Assembly: GCA_951406725.2 (NCBI GenBank)
Contig: OX597831.1
Coordinates: forward strand, 81,468,001-81,532,000
Source: Octopus vulgaris
Lineage: Eukaryota
DNA: 64,000 nt
Reading direction: 5' to 3'
In this document: in pieces, positions 1-12,626 of the stretch
How positions within the stretch are numbered: the stretch's first letter is position 1
Layout: each line of letters opens with the position of its first letter
Position numbers and translations under genes: made by a program
Notes under the pieces: generated by a model
Databases searched by the model: none
Seen by the model: the letters and a program-made list of their open reading frames with translations, nothing else
What the model was told of the DNA's origin: nothing

Positions 1-117
1 TACTTTGATTAAACTGCATTGCTTTTTGTTGAGATAAAGAAAAATAAACTTTCAGTTCAAAATTGGACATTTCATTCTTAATGACCTGATATGTATATAT
101 ATATATATATATATATA

Positions 118-518
118 CTCTTTTACTCTTTTACTTGTTTCAGTCATTTGACAGCGGCCATGCTGGAGCACCGCCTTTAGTCGAGCAAATCGACCCCGGG
201 ACTTATTCTTTGTAAGCCCAGTACTTATTCTATCGGTCTCTTTTGCCAAACCGCTAAGTGACGAGGACGTAGACACACCAGCATCGGTTGTCAAGCAATG
301 CTAGGGGGACAAACACAGACACACAAACATATACACACACACTTATATATATATATATACATATATACGACAGGCTTCTTTCAGTTTCCCTCTACCAAAT
401 CCACTCACAAGGCATTGGTCGGCCCGGGGCTATAGTAGAAGACACTTGCCCAAGATGCCACGCAGTGCGACTGAACCCGGAACCATGTGGTTACTTACCA
501 CACAGCCACTCCTGCGCC
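118..518 (-). mobile_element. tRNA-derived SINE, family A (near full length)
   Basis: Minus strand starts GGCGCAGGAGTGGCTGTGTGGTAAG (A-box-like) and has GGTTCAGTC (B-box-like). The ~400-bp body has an internal microsatellite and recurs more than 15 times in the window. Confidence 0.9.
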
Positions 519-555
<37 letters not shown>

Positions 556-684
556 GAGTGGGTGGACAAACGAAAGAAAGGGGCACTCAACACATTGAGT
601 AAGAGTTACATCTCATTCACTGCATTTGCTTTAAACATTTCAGCTCGTGAGTGAGTGAAGGGCCCTCAACACTGCTACTCGACC

Positions 685-835
685 TGTTAGACATTTCCCC
701 CAAACATCCCATCGCTTTAAAAACGTTAAAGAATGTATTCTTCGATATACATGAAGACGGAACGGCCATGGATGGAACTCCTTTGCCGATAGGTTTACTT
801 CGTCAGGTGTGATATGATGCTAACAACAGCAACAT
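685..835 (+). repeat. Old dispersed repeat ending in (AAC)n (family D)
   Basis: Diverged CTAGAAATAGCAGCCAAAT...GGTCATGG-TGGAA...AACAACAAC pattern. Also at ~35620-35715, 48298-48455, 48480-48650 and 55020-55185 (+), and ~54850-54910 and 61915-62075 (-). Confidence 0.5.
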
Positions 836-936
836 TTCATGTCAATGTACGTATTAAGTGGTATCACTCCTTGTATTTGGTCGGCATCCTGTTGAAGTCT
901 TCATTATCATATTGATTTATGTAGGGTCCATCTATT

Positions 937-1166
937 GGCGAGCTGGCAGAAACGTTAGCACGCCGGGCGAAATGCGTAGCCGTATTTCGTCTGCCGTTAC
1001 GTTCTGAGTTCAAATTCCACCGAGGTCGACTTTGCCTTTAATCCTTTCGGGGTCGATAAATTCAGTACCAGTTACGCACTGGGGTCGATGTAATCGTCTT
1101 AATCCGTTTATCTGTCCTTGTTTGTCCCCTCTGTGTTTAGCCCCTTGTGGGTAGTAAAGAAATAGG
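937..1166 (+). mobile_element. tRNA-derived SINE, family B
   Basis: GGCGAGCTGGCAGAAACGTTAGC...GAGTTCAAATTCC...GGGGTCGATAAA...AAAGAAATAGG; near-identical to 61236-61468. Confidence 0.9.
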
Positions 1167-2137
1167 TATGTGCAAACCTAAAGAAGATTTCTTGAGAGTG
1201 ACTTGCGGTTGTCCAAGAATACAAGTCTCTTCTTCTCCACATCACCGATGTTATTTATATTCAAGAAAAAAACCGCCAGTTTGGGCTTACACAGTTCGTT
1301 GCCAGTGTTTCTGCAGATGTTATTACCACAACGCAAAAAGTTCGAGCAAATTTCCATAAATCCTCAAACATTTCCATAAATTCACCATCCTGGATTGGTA
1401 AAATTTGAACCTAGAGTGCAGAATTCGGAACAAAGACCTCGAAGAATTTTCTCCAATGCTTTACTGACCCAGCTAATTCGCGTTCTTTCTTTGTGCCAGG
1501 GTATTTTCCCTTGGGGGTCACCATCAAAATAATCGGTCAGGAGTTGCGTCTGAACTCCGTACCAAAGCACTCGGCATAAGCTGAACTAACCTAAATATTT
1601 TATAAATATAAACAGCTTTAAATCCGAAAGAATTGAAGGGTAAATTATGTTCTACGTTCCACGGTATTTGCAATTTGAAACCGCGTTCTAACTTTCGGAG
1701 TATAAAAACCTACAGCCGTGCTAACCACTGCACCAAAGACGTATTAGTGAGGTGATCGTTCAAAATGCAAAACTTAACTTTCACAGCAAAGATTACAGAT
1801 ACCAATCGCCTGCCAAGGTGGATCTCAATCCACATAGGATGTGTGTGTGTATGTGTGTGTGCACGCGCGTTCATGTGTATGTATACAGACAGATGCGTAT
1901 ATCTATGTGTATATCTGTGTATGTATGCATGTATATATGTATATATACATATATGTGTGTGTGTGTGTGTTTGTTTGTGTGTGTGTGTGGGCGTGTGTGT
2001 TTGTGTGTGTGTGTGTTTGTATGCTAACACAGATGTATACATATGTATATATACATACATATATATTCATACACACACACACATATAATACATATACAGC
2101 TAATATATATAAATGTTTGTGTGTTTTTATTATGTAT

Positions 2138-2775
2138 CTAGCAGTATCGCCCGGCGTTGCTCGGGTTTGTAAGGGAAATAACTATATAAGCATTTTTAGA
2201 GAGTTATAGCCAAAAAATAGCAAAAAATGCATTAAAAATGGAAAAAATATGATGGTAAATTTTTTGAAAAATCATTGACTCATCGTAGACATTTTTAGAG
2301 AGTTACTTCCCTTATATAATAGCGAATAAATGCATTAAAATGGAAAAAAAACGATGGTAAATTTTTTTTTTAAATCGTAGACTCATGTAGACGCTTTCTT
2401 AGCCATTTCTGTTTTGGTGTCTTCAAGCCATGAAGTCGTTGTTCTAAAAGAACGCTGGTCTCCTTGACAACGCATTACGACGTTGATTTCCTTACACTCC
2501 CTTCCCCACAGGTGCAGGTGTGAGCGTGGACGCCAACTCCGCCGCCATCGACACACGAAAAATTATGCATTAAAATGGAATAAAAAATGATGTTAAATTA
2601 TTTTTAAAATCGTAGACTCATCGTAGACGCGCGCTAATACTCAGACGGGCTCGATATGAATCACGACTATAAGCTACCCGAATTTGGTTAAACTGCACCG
2701 CAAAATGTGGGAGTAGTTAGGAATCTAAATCGAAGGGGACAGACACTCACACAACTACAGTTTTATATATATAGA
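2138..2775 (-). mobile_element. Non-autonomous Helitron
   Basis: Minus strand starts A|TCTATATATATAAAA and ends with the GC hairpin CCCGAGCAACGCCGGG followed by CTAG. These are the canonical 5'-TC, subterminal hairpin and CTAG-3' ends. Three internal subrepeats. Confidence 0.8.
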
Positions 2776-2779
2776 TATA

Positions 2780-3058
2780 CATAGCGCAGTAGTGGTGAGA
2801 TGTGACAGCAAAGAAAAGCATACATTCACTCTCTGCATGCAATTAGACTCGGAAAGTTCGTGAGGAACCCATTGACCCAATTTGCTGACTTTTCCGATAG
2901 CACACAGGTCTCAATGAATGGTTGAATGACCAAATCCAAGCTTCTCTGCTAGTTCCTCAACAGTTACGATGAGATTTTGTTCCACCAGGGTTTTCAGGAT
3001 GTCCTTGTCGAGTTCTACAGATCTTTCAGGATGAGGCTCGTCTTCTAGGCTGTTCCAA
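2780..3058 (-). pseudogene. mariner transposase fragment (HTH plus WVPHEL linker)
   Basis: Manual translation SLEDEPHPERSVELDKDILKTLVEQNLIVTVEELAEKLGFGHSTIH*DLCAIGKVSKLGQWVPHELSESNCMQRVNVC contains the diagnostic WVPHEL motif and a stop. Confidence 0.9.
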
Positions 3059-3500
3059 TATAGCTTTGAAAAAAATAGCTGTTAAAATCGAAATGCACTC
3101 TTCAAAACTTGCACTATGAATAAGGACAAGATAAAATTACTACCTGCTTTTATAGCAAGTTAATATAAGTAGTTTATCCCATTCCCCTCTGACTTTTAGT
3201 TCAAGCTGTTGAAAAAACCGCATTATTATATATATATACATATACATACATACATACATACATATACACACACACTCTCTCTCTCACACACATGCACACA
3301 TTTATATTCTGTTATTCTTTTATATGTTTCAGCCTTGAGGTTGTGGCCATGCTGGATCATGTGTGTGTGTGTGTGTGTCTATCTGTCTGTCTGTCTGTAT
3401 GTATATATGTATATGTATGTGTGTGAACAATAATATTTTCAACAGATGTGTTGCAAATGTATCTGATTGTTCTCAAGCTTCAATACTGTGTGTGTGTGTA

Positions 3501-3531
<31 letters not shown>

Positions 3532-4480
3532 ATGTATGTATGTATATGTATGTATGTATGTGTGTATGTATGTATGTGTGTGTATGTATGTATGTATGTA
3601 TGTATGTATGTATGTATGTATGAGTGTATGTTTACTTTATTACTAACACAAGCCACTACGGTTATTTAATGTAGTCTTCCTCAAATCACTATCTCTGGCT
3701 ATTTACTCTCTTCCAAGAACATTTTCACTCACACTTATGTGTTAGCTTCCCATACATTTTACTCATGTATCTATCAGCGTGATAGAGAGAAACAAATATT
3801 ACATCTAGTTTCACTTTATTCGTTGCCCACTGTGTGTGTGCGTTTGCGTGTGGTGTAAACCAGACTAAGAAAAGCATTTGACACACACACCAGAATGTGA
3901 GTTTTCTGTAAATTTTGCTTAATTGGAGTTTAAATTTTAAAAACTGGACCTGGCATGACGCGATGCATTGTACTCTTAAAAATGGTAGGTAAATTGTAAT
4001 TGAAGAAATCCTATATTGTAGATTTGTATAACTCCCAAAGGGAGGCAGATAAAATCTGCCTTTTATAATAAGAGATCTACGTACATACAAACATACATAT
4101 AAACATATATACGCACACATATGAGCTGAAAACAAAACATAAAATTGTAATAGGCCGGCAAAAAAAGTGATTAGAGTCCCCCGTTTTTTTAATGCGAAAA
4201 GAGACAAAGAAAGAAATGAAATCTAAGCTGATACAAAATGGCTGCAAATTGGTGAAAAATTAAGAAAAAAATTCACACCAAAATATTTATACTCTGTAAA
4301 TCAATTAATGATGGAAGCATATAAAGAGTATTTATTCCATTTCAAAACGATGGATGAGAATTTGGTGCTGCAAATATTTCTGATTCTATAAAGTCTCGCC
4401 AATGGAATACACTCCATTTTCCCTCTTCATAATTATAATCATCTAAATGGAAACATCGCAAACTACAGTGAAAAACTCAT

Positions 4481-4695
4481 TCACCGTGTAACCCGGACCT
4501 GGCGCCCTTCAATGACTACTTTCGTTAAATGATGGATAGACTCGGGCAACAACGGTATGATGACACAGGCGATGACACAAAGTGGTTAAATTGGACAGAA
4601 GAGTCGACAGCTGAAGTTTTTCAAAGAGGATTCAAGGAATTGGCTTTCAACGATGGCGCAGACGCATCGCTTCGATGGAAACAATGTTGGAAAGT
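4481..4695 (+). pseudogene. mariner transposase C-terminal fragment
   Basis: SPCNPDLAPFNDYFR*MMDRLGQQRYDD...KWL...FQRGFKEL, then frameshifted QRWRRRIASDGN. Matches the mariner YSPDLAPSDY...RW...DG C-terminus and explains ORF 4529-4741. Confidence 0.75.
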
Positions 4696-4875
4696 TCCTT
4701 TGTCTGCAGGAAGGATTACTCAATCAGGCTGTACAGTTTGAACAACCTCTGTTATTTACTAAATAAGTTTCGCCCACTTTTGTTATAATATTGGTGGAAC
4801 CGCGTATATGTGTGAATGTACACACGCGCGCGTATATATGCATATATATAAAATCTATTGAATCGTGGATTAATA

Positions 4876-4995
4876 AAGACCGATAGAATAAGTACTAGGC
4901 TTACAAAGAATAAGTCCTGGGGTCGATTTGTCCGACTAGAACCATTCAAGGTAGCGCTCCAGCATGGCTGCAATCAAATGACTGAAACAAATTAT
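4876..4995 (+). mobile_element. SINE family A, 3' fragment
   Basis: GACCGATAGAATAAGTACT...CAGCATGGC...AAATGACTGAAACA, followed by (TG)n. Confidence 0.85.
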
Positions 4996-4998
4996 AGA

Positions 4999-5063
<65 letters not shown>

Positions 5064-5113
5064 CGTGTGTGTGTATGTGTGTGTGTGTGTGTGTGTATGT
5101 ATACATACATACA

Positions 5114-6397
5114 CAGGGTGAAGTGAATAAACTGTCGTCTAAATTACGTAAAAATGAAAGCAACACTGAAATCCCATTTTAACAGATTTATTTACCAAAA
5201 TTACATAAAAATATCTTGAAATACTAAAGTATAAATTTATTCAAAAAAATCTCCATTGGCTTCAACCGCGGCCGCCAAACGACTTTGGAATCTCCTGCAA
5301 CTCTTCTGGACGGTCTCCCTGTTGAAGTTGGTGAATGCGGCCATAATCCTTGCCTTCAGTTCATCTCTGGTGTTACAAGGAGATTTGTTGGTCTCTCGTT
5401 CAACTGTACCCCACACATAATAGCCAAGGGGGTTGCAGTCTGGGGAGTTAGGTGGCCAGATGTTAGGGGTGGTGTGGTTGCAGAAATTCACTGACTGCTT
5501 TGACTGGGTTCTCCTGCTTGTGTGGAATGGTGCAGAGTCCTGTTGTCAGACATAGGGTCTTCCAGCAGCCACCCTCTTGACCCAGAGCAACATTACCTAC
5601 TCCAGGCACTTGGTGTAGGCCTCCGTGTTGAGTCTGAAGCTGTGTAGGAAGATGACTGGAAGCATAACGTTGCCATCACTAGTGATCACTCCAAACACCA
5701 TGATGTTGACTGGATGTTTGATATTTATCACTCTCGGTACATGTTTTGGGGGCTCGGCAAGCAAACGATTGTTCTGTGTGTTCACCATCCGATCCTGGCA
5801 GAAATTTTTCTTCTCTGAGAAAAACCAAAGCATGCTCGGTTGGAGGGGATGCTTGAGTTTGTTGAGAAGCTTCGTAGCGTCCTTGATGGCTTTTGATAAA
5901 TATTGGCCCTTTCTCATCCTTGTATGAGGAATCCCGTATGCCTTCATACACTACCTGCCTGATAGGGAACTCAGACACTCCTATATCCCAGGTGATGAAC
6001 CCGACTGACTTGGAGGGATCGTTGTCAATCATGGCCTGGATCTCACCAACAAATTCAGAAGTTCTTTTCTTATCAGAACGATCAGAGTGAGTTTTCCGAG
6101 CTGCCGTACCTCCGTAATCACCATTAGACTCATTCAACTCTTTCCGAATCCTCTGCACTGTCCTCAGATTGCCAACCAAACACTATGAAATGTTCGCAAT
6201 GGAGTTTCCGGCGCGAATGATAAACAATATTGCATATCGTTTCCAAATTTCTGGCTGAGTGAATTGCATCATGGTGGTGTTTTTATCCCAGACGGTGCCC
6301 AACTGAACCTAATATACTGTGTAGTCGGCAAAATCAAAAACTATGCGCATGTGCGAAATTAAAATATAAAATGGTGACAATTTAACCATCGCACCTG
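5114..6397 (-). mobile_element. Near-complete decayed DD37D (maT-family) Tc1/mariner transposon
   Basis: Frameshifted ORFs give WFFSEKKNF...NTQNNR...IMVFGVITSDG and WPPNSPDCNPLGYYVW...ANGDFFE. Imperfect TIRs CAGGGTG..GTGAATAAA.TGTC at both ends. Confidence 0.92.
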
Positions 6398-6398
6398 C

Positions 6399-6438
<40 letters not shown>

Positions 6439-7165
6439 CAGAAAAGGAGAGAAAGGGGGGGCGGAGAATGAGAAAGAGAAACAGAGATGAGAATGAGAAA
6501 CATACGTACAAATCTTTTACTCCATAGATATGCACTCACGCACACACATACGTTGACACAGGCAATTGTATCCCCAAGCTAAACCTTAAATACGTCGCAT
6601 TCAAAATGGCCTCTTCATTGAGTGTGTTAACGGACGCCATTAATATCTAATGTCTCGTTAATCTGATCATTGTTTTTTCTTTCTTTTCTTTCGTCTTTCT
6701 GATTACTTACATCAACATTATCGTTGTTATATCAACATTATCATTGTTATCATCAACAATACACTGACCTAACGCTGTTATCATTATTGTAATTACTTTC
6801 ATGGTTATAAATGAAGATGTTGTGTCTACAAAATATAATTGGGACTAATTTAGGAAGTCTGAATGAAATCTTGTCTTCTGTGATATTAATTCTGTCGCCT
6901 TTGCGTGGATTCTGGTGGTCGGTAAAAATTTGTATGGAGACCTTACCAAACCACATGTTGGTCATGGTCTTACTCTATCTCACTTTCTCTCTTCCTCATA
7001 TATTTGTAGTATTTGATCCCAGCACACCAAGTTTAGTTCGGTGCACTGCCACCATCGAGCCGGTCGATTTCTTTATGCCTCTCCCTCCATCTTTCTTTCT
7101 CTCCTCCACTCTTCCTCTCGTTTATTTTTCACCTTTTCCAATTCATTCAAATTTCTCTCACTCTT

Positions 7166-7206
<41 letters not shown>

Positions 7207-8162
7207 TTGTATAAATCTGTGTTTATATGTATATGTATTTATTTTGTATGTATATATCTAACTAGATATTTATCTATCCATACCTTTCTGTTTTCTCTCT
7301 GTTTCTCTCTTCCTATTTCTCTCACTGACGATGTTTCTCTCTCTTTCTTTATCGCTCTGTCTCTCTCCCTATCCGTCTAAGTTACCTGGTCAGTATCCCG
7401 TAAGTATTGTTTAAGTGTCAAGTGCTAAATGTAGTTTAGATTAGGTCAAGTGTTCAATCTTTGGCTCATCCCTATTCCAGTGGAACAAAGAAATTTAGAG
7501 AATAACTAAAGAGGGCAGCCTATCCTTATGGATTTAATAAAAGGACATCTTCGAATTCCAGAGGAAATTATCAAACACGAGAGACACCTGAAAAAATTCT
7601 TGGGGAGACAACTTGTGACCCCAGCCAGAAGAGAGATATTTAGCAGCAGGTTTTGTGCCCGTCACTCGCTACTCGAGCAATATATATTAGGCTGCTATTT
7701 CTAGTATGCCGCTTTGTGCAAACTGCTGTTGATAGAGGGATATTGTGGTTAAGACGCGGAGGAGTCCCTGTCAAGCGCACTCATAGCTTGCAACAGGTGT
7801 TTTGTGTGTTTGTGATGTTCGTGCAATGAAATCTTTTGTGGTAAAAAGCGAAGCTTTAACTTCTAGTAAAAGGAATAATTAAATTCTACGTGTATTGAGC
7901 ATTTTGTCTGTTTGTCGTTCACACACACACACACACATATATATATATTATTTAATAACAGTTTGATTCACCTCCAGTCGGTATAAAGTTTCGAGGGCTC
8001 GTCAACTGAACCGAGCTGTCCAGGCTACATCGCTTCTTAGAAATATCAGCCAATTTAATGTATCTTAAAGCTTGAAGCTATTACGGAGTTTTTTCTTATT
8101 AGACACGCACCCGCGCACACACACACATACACACACCCACACACATGTATATTATGTATGTA

Positions 8163-8198
<36 letters not shown>

Positions 8199-8228
8199 TT
8201 TATGTATGTATGTATGTATGTATGTATG

Positions 8229-8308
<80 letters not shown>

Positions 8309-8662
8309 GTGAGTTTAGAGGAATATAGATATTACCCAGGCGGATAGCTGGGTGACTCAGTTATGTTCAAGGTCACTCACTCCGATGCGTTATTCCATAT
8401 TCGCTTCTCTGGGCGGTGGTATTTGGCCTGTATATTTGCAATAATTGTAACTATATAGAATATGGAGACTCGTTCATCCTCAAAATCTATTTCCTTTTAC
8501 ATAATAATTTCATGCACCATATTTTTATGGTTATTACGACCTACACGTGTTACCTTCCACTGCACAGAGCAGAGCATGGGCAGCTGCACATGGAACCGGA
8601 CATAATTTTCTGTGTAGCTTTGTATATATATATATATATATATATATACGACGATATATATA

Positions 8663-8741
<79 letters not shown>

Positions 8742-8745
8742 TATA

Positions 8746-8789
<44 letters not shown>

Positions 8790-8849
8790 AACATCAACCA
8801 GAAACATATTAAATTAATCAATACATCATTAACAAATGATACCCAATAA

Positions 8850-8896
<47 letters not shown>

Positions 8897-8900
<4 letters not shown>

Positions 8901-9080
8901 ATCCAAACATGAAAACACAAAGAGAAAACACAACAACGCGAGGGCGTGGAACAAATATAGTATTATTGGACGCTCAGGAAAGAAGTAAGTAAGGAGGGTT
9001 TAACGTTTCGAGCGGAGCTCTTCGTCGGAAACATAGGAGAAGGAAAGATCCAGAGAAGGGAAGACAGAGGGGGAAAAAAA
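8897..9080 (-). mobile_element. PLE-derived repeat with a minimal type I hammerhead-like motif (8998-9032)
   Basis: Minus strand: GTTT CCGACGA A GAGC-TCC-GCTC GAAAC GT T AAAC. The same repeat occurs at 13981-14180 and 15235-15380. Confidence 0.6.
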
Positions 9081-9084
9081 GGGG

Positions 9085-9230
9085 TTCTTTCAGCTTCCGT
9101 CTACCAAATCCACTCACAAGGCTTTGGTCGGTCCGACGTTATAGTAGAAGACACTTGCTCAAGGTGCCACGCAGTGGGCTGAACCTGGAACCATGTAGTT
9201 GGAATGCAGGCTTCTTACCACACAGCCACT
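9085..9230 (-). mobile_element. SINE family A, 5' half
   Basis: Matches the head of the family A consensus. Confidence 0.85.
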
Positions 9231-9232
9231 CA

Positions 9233-9411
<179 letters not shown>

Positions 9412-9477
9412 GTGTATACATATTAAACACATGCGCTCATATTTATGTATATTTTTCCTTGTATATATATACATAAA

Positions 9478-9875
9478 GTATGGCTGTCTGGTAAAAAGCT
9501 TGCTTCCCAACCACACCTTTCCATTTTCTTCTGTGCGGCACTTTGGGCAACTGTCTGCCACTATAGCCTAGGGCCAACTAAGTCTTGTGAAGAGATATGG
9601 TAGACGGAAAATGAAAGGAACCCGTCGTATTTATTTATATGTGCGTAGTAGGTCTGTGTGTGTGTGTAGGTGTGTGTGTGTCTGTCTGTCTGTCTTTGTC
9701 CCCCACTACCGGTGTTCATGTGTTTACGTCCCCGTAATCCAGCGGTTCGGCAAAAGAGATCGATAGAATAAGTGCCGGGCTTTAAAATATAAATGCTGAA
9801 TCGATTCGTTCGACTAAAGTTCTCCCCACCAAGGCCGCAGTCATGTGACTCAAACAGTTAAACGATAAAAATTAA
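9478..9875 (+). mobile_element. SINE family A, diverged copy
   Basis: TGGCTGTCTGGTAAAAAGCTTGCTTCCCAACCAC...GGTAGACGGAAA...GATAGAATAAGT. Confidence 0.8.
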
Positions 9876-9878
9876 AAG

Positions 9879-9951
<73 letters not shown>

Positions 9952-10741
9952 AACACGCACACAAACACACAAACACACATAAAAACACACAAACACACAT
10001 ACACACACATGTATGCTTTATTGTAGTTGAAGACACTTATTACCATCACGGAAATGTTAGTAAACGGTTATTTTTATTAAAATTACTGTATCACGAACAA
10101 TTTTAAGATATACTACTATATCTGCTTAATGTTATCAACGAAAGCGTTCACAATAAGCGGCTTCGACTACATATTGTATAAATGATATTTTATATGTATT
10201 TTTATAATATATACACATCTAAGACTTTTCGATCGGTTTATGGACGGATAAGAAATTAATGCACTTATCTATCTATGATTGGATCTATCGATCCCAACTA
10301 TCAAAATCGATAGATCAATAAATTGGCTTTAATCATTGTTTCAGCTTATGGCTTCTTCGTGACGAATCCTGTTCTAGTGTTGACACCGCCATTGCTTAAA
10401 CCCCTTTCATTGTCCCCTTGTCAGTTGAAATGTATTGTTTATTGAATCCCGAGGCCAATCGGTGATCGATACTCTTGTTCAACCGAAGCTAATGGTCAGT
10501 GATGCAACAAATGTTACAAGGATGGACATCAAATGCTGACGATTTTTATTACTTAAGACTGTCGGCAATGACGTAAGACGAGTATCGGGAAATTTGTCTC
10601 GGTGGGCGAGGCAAAAATCCTGTGTTATATACATACACACTCACACACGTAAATATATGTGTATGCACACATACATACACACACTCACACACATACATAC
10701 ATACGTATGTATGTATGTATATATATATGTGTGTGTGTGTG

Positions 10742-10821
<80 letters not shown>

Positions 10822-10952
10822 GACTAGTGTGTTGAAGTGTTGAATAAAGCACTGATGCAGTTTGGGGCTACCTGGTGTCCTCCACAGTTGAGGTATATTT
10901 CCGTTGGATCTACTTCAGGAATTCCGCAGTGTTAGTTGAGATAATAAAAATA

Positions 10953-11400
10953 ATTTCTTATGAAACGAAAAGATGGATAATGGTATTAATCTTTATTTTG
11001 TACAACAGTCGTCTCGATCCGTCTTACTACTGCCCCCTTATACTGCCCCCTTATGGGCGAGACTCCTTTCAACATGTCGTATCGAATCAATTTTGCAGTC
11101 TGGATCTCATCGGGTACAGCCAGACGTAAAGTGGTGTCTCGCTAAGCATCGATCCTGAATTTTGGCTGTCATTTTGTTTTATGCCAGCCAAAACATGTCA
11201 GCCAACACTCAGGATTTTTAGCTGGACACACCTTTATGTATGGAGGGTGTACTTGATGGGACCCAGACTGTAAAATGAATGCAACACAACTTGTTGAAAG
11301 GAGTCCCACCTTAAAAGGGACACCAGCCGGATGGGTAGAGACGACCGTTGTACAGAATAAGAGATTCATACCAAAACCATCTTCTCGGTACTTAAGAAAT
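10953..11400. repeat. ~450-bp diverged palindrome (foldback/MITE-like)
   Basis: Left arm TGGTATTAATCTTTATTTTGTACAACAGTCGTCTC...GACTCCTTTCAACA...CAGTCTGG...ATCCTGA matches the reverse complement of the right arm along ~220 bp. Confidence 0.85.
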
Positions 11401-11462
11401 CACCATCATTATCATCATTATTATATTTATTATTATTATTATCATTATCATTATTATTATTA

Positions 11463-11495
<33 letters not shown>

Positions 11496-11534
11496 GCAGT
11501 AGTTGTAGTAGTAGTAGTAGTAGTAGTAGTAGTA

Positions 11535-11571
<37 letters not shown>

Positions 11572-11607
11572 TCATCATTATTATTATTTATTATTATTAT
11601 AATTATA

Positions 11608-11676
<69 letters not shown>

Positions 11677-11709
11677 TTCATTATTATATTTATTATTATT
11701 ATAATTATA

Positions 11710-11762
<53 letters not shown>

Positions 11763-12383
11763 TACGTATTTATATGTATGTGTGTATATGTGTGTGTGTG
11801 CGAGTGCATATATATACATACATATATATATATACAGAGAGAGAAGGATAAATAGCCTGACAGCCAGACAAATAGACACACAGCCAGATAGATAGGCAGA
11901 TAGATATGAATATATAGATGTAAATGTATATATATATATGTACGTCTATGTATCTATATCTACCTATCTATCTACACACACACACACACACACATGCAGA
12001 CACAAACACGCATGTGTATATATGCGTCTGTGTATAGGTATGTGTGAGTGTGTGCATGCACGCGCACACACACTCACACTCACATACACACACACACACA
12101 CATATATATATATACACACACTCACATACACACATGTGTATATATATATATATATACACACACATACATACATACATGCACGCACATGCATGTGTATATT
12201 AAAACAAAGATTGGAAAAGTTGGTATCTCTGTAATTGCATGTTACACGAGTTTCGTTCGCGCACAAGAAAGATATTTCGAACATAAAATTGCTATTAATC
12301 ATAATATCGATAAATATAAATATAATTAATTCTGAATAGTTATACACATGTACAGTATTTGGACAGGATCTGAAAACCTGTGA

Positions 12384-12442
<59 letters not shown>

Positions 12443-12591
12443 CATGAATGTGTCTTCTTCGAACTTACGACTTGCTTGTCTTCATCCCTACAATGATGGT
12501 GAACAAGTCAAAACTCCGACGTCTCTGCCAAACTGCCCCAGGTAAAAATTAATACATATATCTTACTAAAAACTTTATATATGTAAATGTG

Positions 12592-12626
<35 letters not shown>

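Noticed and set aside
1382-1570. ORF with WYG...PQGKIPW
   Set aside because: Faintly like an RTE LINE C-terminus, but too degenerate to call; no support as a host exon.
6811-7380. 189-aa hydrophobic ORF
   Set aside because: Hydrophobicity comes from CT/T-rich low-complexity DNA; no domain motif.
10534-10600. CTGACGA...GAAA...GTC hammerhead-like spacing
   Set aside because: Stems I and III do not pair convincingly.
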